Positions 1 through 8,138 of a stretch of 55,023 nt of DNA are shown here, one piece after another (position 1 is the stretch's first letter; each line of letters opens with the position of its first letter). Source of the DNA: Alphaproteobacteria bacterium (GTDB lineage: Bacteria; Pseudomonadota; Alphaproteobacteria; UBA2136; UBA6156). The notes below the pieces were generated by a model. It did no database searches, was not told where the DNA came from, and was given only the letters and a program-made list of their open reading frames with translations. A program made the position numbers and the translations under genes. Location: positions 1-55,023 of the forward strand of contig JBAQUT010000022.1 of NCBI GenBank assembly GCA_049297695.1. Direction: 5' to 3'.

Positions 1-22
1 GGGGGGGGGGGGGGGGGGGGGG
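1..22. other. 22-nt poly-G homopolymer at the window edge, probably a sequencing or assembly artefact
   Basis: Uninterrupted G run at 1-22 with no associated ORF or structure. Poly-G read ends are a known artefact of two-colour sequencing chemistry. Confidence 0.6.
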
Positions 23-233
23 CCGGGTGGAGTCCACTCGGTCGCATCCCGTCGTAAGGCTTGCCAGTGTTCCGCCAGCCTTGCCTAGCCTTATGAAAGG
101 TGGGGCGAAAGGGCTGACATGGCGCCCCCCAAAAAACGTAAGAATGTTGCAACGCAAAGCTAAATTCATACATAAAAACAGGATGCTGTGGTGAGTGTGG
201 TGCTGTGCGCTGCATCTGACTTCTCCCTAACAC

Positions 234-254
234 AAAGGCCCCAGAGGGGCCTTT
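234..254 (-). terminator. Stem-loop downstream of mscL
   Basis: AAAGGCCCC (234-242), AGA loop, GGGGCCTTT (246-254). It lies 20 nt past the mscL stop. The U-tract on the minus strand is weak. Confidence 0.55.
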
Positions 255-273
255 GGTAGGTTAAGAACCAAAA

Positions 274-687
274 CTACTTGGCTTTGGCTTGTTTTTTCAA
301 CAAATCGCGTATTTCAGCCAGCAGTTGGATGTCGGTGACAGCCGCCACTTCTGGCGCTTTGTCTTTTTTAGGGCTGGCTTTGTTCAGCATTTTGATCATC
401 ATGAAGATGGCAAAGGCGATGATGGTGAAATCAAAAATGCTTTGGATGAAGGCGCCGTAGCCTAAGGAGACAGCGGCTGTTCCGGCCACAGGATCGGCGG
501 CTTTGAGGATGAGGCCAAGGTCTTTGAAATCCACCCCGCTGGTGAGCACGCCGATGATGGGCATGATGATATTTTCCACAATGCTGGACACGATTTTGCC
601 GAACGCACCCCCGATAACCACACCGACGGCGAGGTCGATAACATTGCCGCGCATGGCGAACGCTTTGAATTCTTGGATAATGCTCAT
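274..687 (-). CDS. mscL: Large-conductance mechanosensitive channel MscL
   Basis: 137 aa. The N-terminus [33 protein letters not shown] is the MscL signature. Two TM helices. AAGGAG RBS upstream of the ATG at 687. Confidence 0.95.
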   Translation of the reverse strand: MSIIQEFKAFAMRGNVIDLAVGVVIGGAFGKIVSSIVENIIMPIIGVLTSGVDFKDLGLILKAADPVAGTAAVSLGYGAFIQSIFDFTIIAFAIFMMIKMLNKASPKKDKAPEVAAVTDIQLLAEIRDLLKKQAKAK

Positions 688-800
688 GGGAATCTCCTTG
701 GTTTGTAGGTTAAAGTTAAGTGCATACTACCTGAAAACATAGCTTATGCAAGGGTTTGAGTAAAAAATGAACAATCTTTGAAAAAAGTTCATAATTAATG

Positions 801-829
801 TTGACAAGTTTGATAGACGTGCGATTATC
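801..829 (+). promoter_or_regulatory. Putative sigma70-like promoter for the S24 peptidase gene
   Basis: TTGACA (801-806), 17-nt spacer, ATTATC (824-829), in an AT-rich spacer 37 nt upstream of the ATG at 866. Confidence 0.3.
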
Positions 830-865
830 CCATCAGGTAAACGTAACACAAAAAGGAGAACGACC

Positions 866-1384
866 ATGACACGTGGTGGACGCAGACCCGGGGCTGGACG
901 CCCCAAAGGAACGGGTAAGTTTGGCGAGGAAACAATCCCCGTGCGCGTGCCGCGCAGCATGGCCCATAAAGTGGAAGACTGGGTGCGCAGCGCTGGTAGC
1001 AAAGTGCCCTTGTTTGGCGGCACCGTGCGGGCGGGAACGCTTACCAGCGCTGATGATTTTGTGGAAGACCGCGTGAACCTGCACGATTACGTAGTCCGCA
1101 GCCCCGATACCACCTTTTTGGTGCGCGTGGCCGGCGACAGCATGATCAATGCGGGTTTGAACGAGGGCGATCTACTGGTGGTCGACCGCAGTCTGCCCGC
1201 AACCGAAGGCAAAATGATTGTGGCCGCGGTGGATGGCGAACTGACCGTGAAAGTGTTGCGTCGGGGAAAGCAAGGGGTGGAGCTCCACCCAGCCAATCCT
1301 AACTACAAGGTTATCCACGTGGGGGCTGAACAAAGCTTCGAGATTATGGGCGTGGTAACCACCGTGGTGCACGACGTGAACTGA
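866..1384 (+). CDS. S24-family self-cleaving peptidase (UmuD/LexA-like C-terminal domain) with a basic N-terminal extension
   Basis: 172 aa. GDSM Ser nucleophile motif (VAGDSMINAGL), downstream Lys (LTVKVL), candidate Ala-Gly cleavage site (VRAGT). RBS AAGGAG. No umuC follows. Confidence 0.85.
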   Translation: MTRGGRRPGAGRPKGTGKFGEETIPVRVPRSMAHKVEDWVRSAGSKVPLFGGTVRAGTLTSADDFVEDRVNLHDYVVRSPDTTFLVRVAGDSMINAGLNEGDLLVVDRSLPATEGKMIVAAVDGELTVKVLRRGKQGVELHPANPNYKVIHVGAEQSFEIMGVVTTVVHDVN

Positions 1385-1434
1385 ACGGTTAAAGCATAGC
1401 AAAAAAACAACAGAGATATAGAAGGAGAATCCCT

Positions 1435-1617
1435 ATGGGTTGGCGTGAGCTTTCGGTAACATACGATGAGAAAACAAGCTGGATGAACCAGTTGCGGCTG
1501 TGGATGTTGGCCGTGGTGGTAAGCTGGATGGCGGGCTGGGGCTTGGCCGACATGGCGCTGAAGGCGGGGGATGTTCAGGTGGCGGCAACAGCAGGGGAGG
1601 GCGTTATTCAGGGCTGA
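1435..1617 (+). CDS. Small hypothetical membrane protein (60 aa)
   Basis: GAAGGAG RBS 7 nt upstream of the ATG. One hydrophobic helix (LWMLAVVVSWMAGWGL). The 3' end overlaps the convergent methyltransferase by 14 nt. Confidence 0.3.
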   Translation: MGWRELSVTYDEKTSWMNQLRLWMLAVVVSWMAGWGLADMALKAGDVQVAATAGEGVIQG

Positions 1618-2359
1618 GGATGCTCACAAGGCTCACTTTGCCTTCGCCTGGCTTTAGGGCTTTGGGTTGGGTTGGGTGGGGTTTCCAGCCGTGGAGGTAG
1701 ATAACCTCCAGTGTGAGGGGAAGGCGACCATCGGGGCGGGCATGAAGGTTGGCGTAGGCTTCGCACACGCTGGCCCACTGGCGGGGGGATAGGAGACCCC
1801 GCTGGCGGGCCGGGTGCCAGTTGTGGCTGGCGTGGGCGTGCAGGCTGGCAACCAAGGCTTTCATGGTGGGGAAAGTGAGGGTGATGATATCGCGGTCTAC
1901 CACGGGCATGGCCAGTTTGAGGCGCTGGAGGAGCACGCCACATTCTTGAACATCCGGCAACGGCGTGGTACGGGCGTGGGGGGGTAGCCCTGCGGCATGG
2001 AAGGCGGTGCGGAACTCGGCAAAGCTGGCGGCGCCCAACGTGCTGGCCAAAAACAAACCGTCGGGCTTCAAGTTGGCAAGGTGGGCATGAAGAGATGCCA
2101 CGGGGTCGGCAAGGGTTGCGAGGGTAAGGTTGGCGATGAGGAGGTCGCTGACTTCGCTTGGTTGCAGGTGAGCGGTGGGGAGAAGGGTTTGGGTAACTCC
2201 GTTATCCACGCTGAGGTTGGTGATGGCGGCAAACGTACGGGTGCTGTCGTTCAGGCGGTCGGCAAGGCGCTTGGCCACTTCGGCAAACACGGGCGTGGCG
2301 CCACAGGCTTTGCCCTGCACGCGGGCAAGGTGGTTGGCGGGGAAGGTAAGTTCGGTCAT
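1604..2359 (-). CDS. SAM-dependent methyltransferase-like protein (BioC/NDUFAF5-like) with a degenerate motif I
   Basis: The ORF is trimmed to the ATG at 2359 (MTELTFPANHL...). Overall layout and the C-terminal ...YLHGWKPHPTQPKALKPG tail resemble alphaproteobacterial NDUFAF5-like methyltransferases. Family assignment is from memory. Confidence 0.65.
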   Translation of the reverse strand: MTELTFPANHLARVQGKACGATPVFAEVAKRLADRLNDSTRTFAAITNLSVDNGVTQTLLPTAHLQPSEVSDLLIANLTLATLADPVASLHAHLANLKPDGLFLASTLGAASFAEFRTAFHAAGLPPHARTTPLPDVQECGVLLQRLKLAMPVVDRDIITLTFPTMKALVASLHAHASHNWHPARQRGLLSPRQWASVCEAYANLHARPDGRLPLTLEVIYLHGWKPHPTQPKALKPGEGKVSLVSILSPE

Positions 2360-2369
2360 GGTGCACACC

Positions 2370-3041
2370 ATGAGGCTAACACGGTCATTTGACAAGCTGG
2401 GGCGCACGCTGGTGGGCCTGCTGCTGCCACCGCATTGCCCCGTGTGCGAGGCGGTGTTGCCACTCTCCGAACCCATGAACCTGTGCCCCGTGTGCTATGG
2501 CAGGCTTCCGTGGTGGGATAAAACCGGCGTGCTGCCCCCCCAGCTCCCCAAAGCCATCGATACGTTTGATGCGCCTTGCGTGTACGAAGGCATGGTGCGG
2601 GATGCCATATTACGGATGAAATTTCAGGATACCCCCGCACTGGCAGGCGTGTTGGCCAAGCTCCTGCTGCCAGTTATTCCTTCTAACGCCACAGTATTGG
2701 TGCCGGTACCCATGCATGGCAGGGCGCTGCGGGGGCGGTTGTACAATCAGGCGGCGTTGTTGGCGCAGGCGGTTGGGAAGCTGAAAGGTATCCCCGCCGA
2801 TGTGACAGCCTTGGTGCGTATTAACCCCAGTGATGGCCAAGCCCGCCGCACCCGCGCCCAACGGTTGAAACTTTCCAGCACCGATTTTGTAGCCCACCCG
2901 CGTTTGGCAGACCAGCATGTGGTGTTGGTGGACGATATTTACACCACGGGGGCTACGGCCAAGGCGTGCGCGCTGGCGCTCCGTAAGGCGGGCGTGGCCA
3001 GCGTGCATGTGCGCACACTTGCCTATACATCTGAAAAGTAG
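2370..3041 (+). CDS. comF: ComF-family phosphoribosyltransferase-domain protein
   Basis: Two CPVC zinc-finger pairs near the N-terminus and the PRT motif VVLVDDIYTTGATA. The start could be the ATG at 2358 or at 2370. Confidence 0.85.
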   Translation: MRLTRSFDKLGRTLVGLLLPPHCPVCEAVLPLSEPMNLCPVCYGRLPWWDKTGVLPPQLPKAIDTFDAPCVYEGMVRDAILRMKFQDTPALAGVLAKLLLPVIPSNATVLVPVPMHGRALRGRLYNQAALLAQAVGKLKGIPADVTALVRINPSDGQARRTRAQRLKLSSTDFVAHPRLADQHVVLVDDIYTTGATAKACALALRKAGVASVHVRTLAYTSEK

Positions 3042-3128
3042 AAACAAACAGTTGCCTATACCTTAGGCGGTGTGCTGGCAGAGGTTTTATTTCGCGTGCA
3101 GCATGTATCCATAACGAAAGCAACACTC

Positions 3129-4592
3129 ATGATGATATCTCTCCATTCCCTGTTAGAAACGGTAGCTGGTTATCTGTGGGGTTGGCCGATGCTGGTGTTG
3201 CTGATGGGCACGGGGCTGATGATGAACATCGCCTTGCGCGGGTTGCCGTTGCGGCTGTTGGTGCCTTCCATGTGGGATGCCTTGGGGCCCAAAGGCAGCC
3301 GTGTGAGCGGCAGCGGGGCCATTACCAACCGTGCGGCGCTGATGACCGCGCTGGCCGCCACCGTGGGCACGGGCAACATTGCAGGCGTGGCCACGGCCAT
3401 TGCCTTGGGCGGGCCGGGGGCCGTATTTTGGATGTGGGTGAGCGGGATTATCGGCATTGCCTTGAAGTTTGCCGAAGCCCTGCTGGGCGTGCATTACCGC
3501 AGCCGTGGGGCGGATGGCCACCTGCGTGGCGGCCCCATGAGCTACTTGAGCAAAGGTGTGGGCTTACCATGGCTTGGCACGTTATACGGCGCCTTGATAG
3601 GGTTTGCGGCCTTGTGCGTGGGCGGCATGGTGCAATCTAACTCCATGGCGGATAGCTTGCTGACCACCTTTGGCTGGAGCCCTATGTGGGTAGGGTTGGT
3701 GGTGGCGGGTTCTGCCGCAGTGATTATGTTTGGGGGGTTGGGCCGCATTGCCCAAGCGGCCGACAAGCTGGTGCCCCTGATGATTGGCGTGTACGTGCTG
3801 GTGGGAACGTTGATTTTGCTGGCCAACGCGGCGTATGTGTTGCCCGCCTTGAAACTGATTGTAACCAGCGCTTTTACCGGTACAGCGGCCACAGGTGGAT
3901 TTGCCGGTGCGGCGGTGATGATGGCCATGCGGTTTGGGTTGGCGCGGGGGATATTCTCCAATGAATCCGGCCTTGGGAGCGCCGCCATTGTGGCTGCCAC
4001 GGCCCAAACTAAGCACCCTGTGGAGCAAGCTTTGGTAAGCATGACCCAAACATTCATCGATACGATTGTAGTGTGCACCTTTACGGCTTTGGTGATTGTG
4101 GTGACGGGCGTGTGGCAATCCACCGAAGTGGCCAGTGCAGGGGCTAGCTTAACGGGTTTGGCGTTTAGCACGGGCTTGGGTGGAGTAACCGTGGCGGGCA
4201 TACCGTTGGGCGCTGCCATTGTGGCGGTTTGCTTGGTTTTGTTTTCGTTCACCACCGTGTTGGGGTGGGGGTATTACGGCCAGCAGGGGGCCGTGCATGT
4301 GTGGGGGCCTAAAGTTGCCAAACCGTATTTGGTGCTGTTTCTCATCCTCACCTTTATGGGGGCCTACATGCTGCAACTGGCCGCCAGCGTGAAAGACGGT
4401 GTGCTGATGGTGTGGCTGCTGGCGGATATTGCCACGGGGCTTTTGATGATACCCAACCTGTTTGGCCTGTGGGTGTTGCGCAAGCAGGTGGTAAACCTAA
4501 CGCACGATTACCTAGCCGTGGAAAAACGTGGCGGGGCTTACAAATATAAAGCATTCCATGAAGAGATGCCGAAGGTGAAGACGCGGAAGTAG
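3129..4592 (+). CDS. Alanine/glycine:cation symporter (AGCS family)
   Basis: About 487 aa and polytopic. Motifs TVGTGNIAGVATAI and GGPGAVFWMW are typical of sodium:alanine symporters. An alternative GTG start lies at 3072. Confidence 0.9.
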   Translation: MMISLHSLLETVAGYLWGWPMLVLLMGTGLMMNIALRGLPLRLLVPSMWDALGPKGSRVSGSGAITNRAALMTALAATVGTGNIAGVATAIALGGPGAVFWMWVSGIIGIALKFAEALLGVHYRSRGADGHLRGGPMSYLSKGVGLPWLGTLYGALIGFAALCVGGMVQSNSMADSLLTTFGWSPMWVGLVVAGSAAVIMFGGLGRIAQAADKLVPLMIGVYVLVGTLILLANAAYVLPALKLIVTSAFTGTAATGGFAGAAVMMAMRFGLARGIFSNESGLGSAAIVAATAQTKHPVEQALVSMTQTFIDTIVVCTFTALVIVVTGVWQSTEVASAGASLTGLAFSTGLGGVTVAGIPLGAAIVAVCLVLFSFTTVLGWGYYGQQGAVHVWGPKVAKPYLVLFLILTFMGAYMLQLAASVKDGVLMVWLLADIATGLLMIPNLFGLWVLRKQVVNLTHDYLAVEKRGGAYKYKAFHEEMPKVKTRK

Positions 4593-4631
4593 CCTCTTGA
4601 CGCCCCCACCCGAACCCACCAAGGTGCCGGC

Positions 4632-5315
4632 ATGAGCTTTGTAACTACCTCCACCGCCGACGGGCATGTGTTGCCCCTGTTTGAAGCCAAGCCCGTGGGC
4701 GTGCCCAAGGCGGGTGTGGTGGTGTTGCACGAGGCGTTTGGGGTAACGCCGCATATTCAGCAGATGTGCGTATGGTTGGCGGGGCAGGGTTACCACGCTG
4801 TGGCGCCCGAGATGTTTGCCCGTGCCGAGCCTGTGGCCGACAAGCGGGATTTGCCGTACAACAAAGAAGGGTTTGAGCAAGGGCGGGTGTATATTCATGC
4901 CACGCCCAAAGCCCACTGGTTGGCCGATTGCAACGCGGCGGCGGCGTACCTGCAAGGTTTTGGGTTGCCCGTGGCCGCCGTGGGGTATTGTTGGGGGGGA
5001 AGCCTTGCCTACCTGATGGCCTGCCAAACGCCGGGGGTGAAGGCGGCGGATAGTTATTACGGCGGGATGATCCCCGAGTTGGTGGCCACCATGAAGCCCA
5101 ACTGCCCCGTACAGTTCCATTTGGCCACGCACGATAGGTACTTCCCGTTGGATACGGCGGTGAATGCCATCAACCACCACTTGCCTAACGCACCCGTGCA
5201 CGTGTACGTGGCCGATCATGGTTTTAACCGCAACGGCGGCATTACCTACGATGACGAGGCCGCCCAACTGGCCCGCAGCCGCACGCTGGCGTTTTTGGCG
5301 GAGTGTGTGAGGTAA
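4632..5315 (+). CDS. Dienelactone hydrolase family protein
   Basis: 227 aa. Nucleophile elbow GYCWGG and C-terminal HGF motif. Overall DLH-like alpha/beta fold pattern. Confidence 0.85.
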   Translation: MSFVTTSTADGHVLPLFEAKPVGVPKAGVVVLHEAFGVTPHIQQMCVWLAGQGYHAVAPEMFARAEPVADKRDLPYNKEGFEQGRVYIHATPKAHWLADCNAAAAYLQGFGLPVAAVGYCWGGSLAYLMACQTPGVKAADSYYGGMIPELVATMKPNCPVQFHLATHDRYFPLDTAVNAINHHLPNAPVHVYVADHGFNRNGGITYDDEAAQLARSRTLAFLAECVR

Positions 5316-5422
5316 AGTGCCTTGATGGAAGGCAAATGTTATGTTTTTGAATGTGTTAAACACCCTTGCGCAACGTGCTTCAATCGTGTAGCAATTTGCA
5401 ACCGAACCAAAGGAGCCCCGTG

Positions 5423-5662
5423 ATGACCGATGTTGCCAAACGCGTAAAAGAGATTATTGCCGAAAACCTAGGCGTGGACGCCGACAAAGTGGTGGAAGGC
5501 GCCAGCTTTGTGGATGATTTGGGGGCCGACAGCTTGGACACCGTGGAGCTGGTGATGGCGCTGGAAGAAGAGTTTAATATTGAAATCCCCGATGCGGCGG
5601 CGGAAAAAATCACCACCGTAAAAAGCGCCATTGAGTATGTGGAAGAGCATGTGGAAGAGTAA
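5423..5662 (+). CDS. acpP: Acyl carrier protein
   Basis: 79 aa. [20 protein letters not shown] phosphopantetheine site. AGGAG RBS upstream. The ORF-track N-terminal extension is rejected. Confidence 0.97.
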   Translation: MTDVAKRVKEIIAENLGVDADKVVEGASFVDDLGADSLDTVELVMALEEEFNIEIPDAAAEKITTVKSAIEYVEEHVEE

Positions 5663-5678
5663 GTTTGTGTGTGTGTGG

Positions 5679-5702
5679 AAAGCCCCTGCGGGGGCTTTTT
5701 TT
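5679..5702 (+). terminator. Rho-independent terminator after acpP
   Basis: AAGCCCC (5680-5686), TGCG loop, GGGGCTT (5691-5697), followed by a T-run to 5702. Confidence 0.8.
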
Positions 5703-5757
5703 GTAGGTGAAGGGGCAGGGAAGCTGTGGTAATGTGTGGCAATATGGGAACCGAAAC

Positions 5758-6012
5758 ATGGCACTGACAAACGGACAAATGATGAAGCTGATGGGCGTAA
5801 GCGCTGCCACGGCGTTGGCAGCGCCCTTGGTGCACCATTATGTGTGTGACGATGCGGCGGTGGATTTTTTCGCGGCGATATCGGCCATGGGAACTCTCGC
5901 AACCTTAGGGTTGGCTGCAGCTTTGCCCATGCATTGGCCTAAAGAGCTGATGCAAAACCCTTCTGCTTGGTGGCACGCCACAGGCCATTTGAACACGACA
6001 TCACGGAGATAA
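5758..6012 (+). CDS. Hypothetical small protein in the acpP-fabF spacer (weak call)
   Basis: 84-aa ORF from the in-frame ATG at 5758. No convincing RBS. Ala-rich hydrophobic sequence. It fills an unusually long 355-nt spacer. Confidence 0.2.
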   Translation: MALTNGQMMKLMGVSAATALAAPLVHHYVCDDAAVDFFAAISAMGTLATLGLAAALPMHWPKELMQNPSAWWHATGHLNTTSRR

Positions 6013-6017
6013 CGAAC

Positions 6018-7259
6018 ATGCGCAAAGTTGTGGTGACTGGTATGGGCGTGATAAGCCCTTTGGGCTTGAATGTGGCCAGCACGTGGACGGCATTAACCGC
6101 TGGACAAACAGGTTTGGGGCGCATTACGCGGTTTGACCCTGCGGCGTTCCGCTGCCATGTGGCGGGCGAGGTGAAAGGGTTTGAGGCAACTCTGGAGAAT
6201 ACAGGGTTGGATGCCAAAGCCTTGAAGCGGATGGACCGGTTTAGCCACATGGGTTTGGCGGCGGCGTGGGAAGCCATGGGGCAGGCGGGCTTGCGGGGCA
6301 TGAAAGACTGGCCTGCGGAGGCGCGGGAAAAGGTGGCGGTATTTCTTTCCAGCGGGATTGGCGGGTTGGAGAGTTTGGTGGAAGCGCAGGAGGTGTTGGC
6401 CGCCAAAGGGCCACGGGCGGTGTCGCCGCGTTCCATGGGGCAGATGCTCATCAACATGCTGGCGGGGGAGGCGAGCATCCAATACGGCGCGTTGGGGGCG
6501 AATTACAGCGTTGTATCGGCCTGTGCCAGCAGCACCCACGCGTTGGGGTTGGCCAAGATGCAGATTGAAAGCGGTCGGGCCGACGTGGTGCTGGCAGGCG
6601 GGGCGGAAGCGGCCATAACTCCGCTGGGAATTGGGGCCTTTGCAGCCATGCGGGCGCTCTCTAGCAGCTACAACGACACCCCCGCTGCCGCCAGCCGCCC
6701 CTTTGATACGGCGCGGGATGGCTTTGTGATGGGCGAGGGGGCTGCCGTGCTGGTGCTGGAATCGGAAGAGCATGCCAAGGCCCGTGGCGCCACCATTTTG
6801 GCTACCTTGGCGGGGTATGGCGAAACATCGGATGCCTCCGACCCCACCAGCCCCAGCGGCGAAGGAGCCGTGCGGGCCATGAAACAGGCGTTGCGGGATG
6901 CGGGATTGCAGGCTGCGGATGTTGGGTACATCAACGCCCATGCCACCAGCACGCCGGCGGGCGATGAAGTGGAAAGCAACGGCATCAAAAGCGTGTTTGG
7001 CACCACCGTGCCCGTGAGCGGCACCAAAGGGGCCACGGGGCATTTGCTGGGGGCAGCCGGGGCATTGGAGGCCGTGTTTGCGGTGCAGGCCTTGATAACC
7101 CAAACCTTGCCACCCACGCTGAACCTTGCCACGCCGTGCGATGGGGAGATGGATTACATCCCTTTGAAGGCGCGGAAGGTGGATGGGGTGAAGGCCGTAC
7201 TCTCCAACAGTTTTGGGTTTGGGGGCACCAACGGCAGCCTGGTGGTTACGCGCGGGTAG
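6018..7259 (+). CDS. fabF: Beta-ketoacyl-ACP synthase II
   Basis: MRKVVVTGMGVISPLG start with a GGAG RBS. Active-site ACASSTHA, NAHATSTPAGD and GHLLGAAG motifs. Confidence 0.95.
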   Translation: MRKVVVTGMGVISPLGLNVASTWTALTAGQTGLGRITRFDPAAFRCHVAGEVKGFEATLENTGLDAKALKRMDRFSHMGLAAAWEAMGQAGLRGMKDWPAEAREKVAVFLSSGIGGLESLVEAQEVLAAKGPRAVSPRSMGQMLINMLAGEASIQYGALGANYSVVSACASSTHALGLAKMQIESGRADVVLAGGAEAAITPLGIGAFAAMRALSSSYNDTPAAASRPFDTARDGFVMGEGAAVLVLESEEHAKARGATILATLAGYGETSDASDPTSPSGEGAVRAMKQALRDAGLQAADVGYINAHATSTPAGDEVESNGIKSVFGTTVPVSGTKGATGHLLGAAGALEAVFAVQALITQTLPPTLNLATPCDGEMDYIPLKARKVDGVKAVLSNSFGFGGTNGSLVVTRG

Positions 7260-8016
7260 AAGGGGTTTCATTCCATTCCAGCGCCGCATAAGTTTGGTGG
7301 TGGGTGGGCACCAAGGGCACGGGGCGGGCGGTGATGTTGCTAAGGTTGCGGGGGCTGCGTTCGAACCTTGGGCGGGCGATGATAGTGCAAGACTCTAAAA
7401 AACGGAGCAATCCTGTTTGTTTTTTATAAAACGTTTCAATCGCAAACCCCCAAGCTTCCAAAGCGTGAGGCGATGTGAGAGGCGCCCCTGAAACGCCGCG
7501 TTTGGCAAGTTTTTTATCGCAGGCTAACACATCACCTTCATCGGTGCTGAGTGTGAGTTTGCCCCACCCACAACGGTACGTACCATCGGCGTATCCAATA
7601 ATGCCAGACAGTTGTTGGGCAGGTGCTGGCTTTAATTGGAAACGGTGAAGTGAAAAATCACGTTCTGCGCCCTCAATTTGGACAAAGGCAACATCCGCGG
7701 TAGGATGATAAAGTGAGCCCAAGTAAGCATGTTTGGGTTTGCGCGGGATACGAATGGATGGAGGAACATAGGCCAAACGAGCCTGTGCTTCATGGCCATT
7801 TGGATCGGCAAGGGTGATGTGGTAATCTATGGATGGATTTTTTTTGAAATCGTGCCACATCGATACATCCAACGAATGCAAAGGCATAACAACAATGTTG
7901 TGAGGCCAATTGCGGGGTGTTTTTAACAGAAATGCTGTTCCTTTGCCTTCGTCTCCCAAGGTTTGAGCGACGCGGATATGTTCCAGCTTGAGGCGACGGT
8001 GAGCATGCATGGCCAT
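7246..8016 (-). CDS. Trypsin-like (chymotrypsin-fold) serine protease-like protein in an AT-richer insertion
   Basis: Ordered His (VVMPLHS), Asp (TADVAFVQI) and Ser (KRGVSGAPL, GxSGxP-like) candidates. Start uncertain: ATG at 8016 or 8010, or TTG at 8046. The 3' end overlaps the fabF stop by 14 nt. Confidence 0.55.
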   Translation of the reverse strand: MAMHAHRRLKLEHIRVAQTLGDEGKGTAFLLKTPRNWPHNIVVMPLHSLDVSMWHDFKKNPSIDYHITLADPNGHEAQARLAYVPPSIRIPRKPKHAYLGSLYHPTADVAFVQIEGAERDFSLHRFQLKPAPAQQLSGIIGYADGTYRCGWGKLTLSTDEGDVLACDKKLAKRGVSGAPLTSPHALEAWGFAIETFYKKQTGLLRFLESCTIIARPRFERSPRNLSNITARPVPLVPTHHQTYAALEWNETPSTRA

Positions 8017-8138
8017 CAATTTAATGAATACGCTGTGTGCCCACAAGTACCATGGCTAGTGCAAGGCCGCCCACCAAACATACAAGTGCCGTGCAAAAAG
8101 GGTTTGAAAACGGGCCGCGTGGGGGTAAGCTACAGCCC

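Noticed and set aside
767-802. Possible SOS (LexA) box upstream of the S24 peptidase gene: GAAC-N7-GAAA (769-783) and GTTC (787-790)
   Set aside because: It is only a partial match to the alphaproteobacterial GTTC-N7-GTTC direct repeat. The second half-site is GAAA, or ATGT on the other reading. I cannot support it without a position weight matrix scan.
3042-3128. Possible glycine or amino-acid riboswitch upstream of the alanine/glycine symporter
   Set aside because: The leader is under 90 nt. I could not find the conserved glycine-riboswitch core elements or a convincing aptamer plus terminator arrangement.
6093-7289. 398-aa ORF on the minus strand, opposite fabF
   Set aside because: It is Arg/Gly/Pro-rich and low in complexity, and lies entirely antisense to a gene with unambiguous FabF motifs. 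This is a typical shadow ORF of high-GC DNA.
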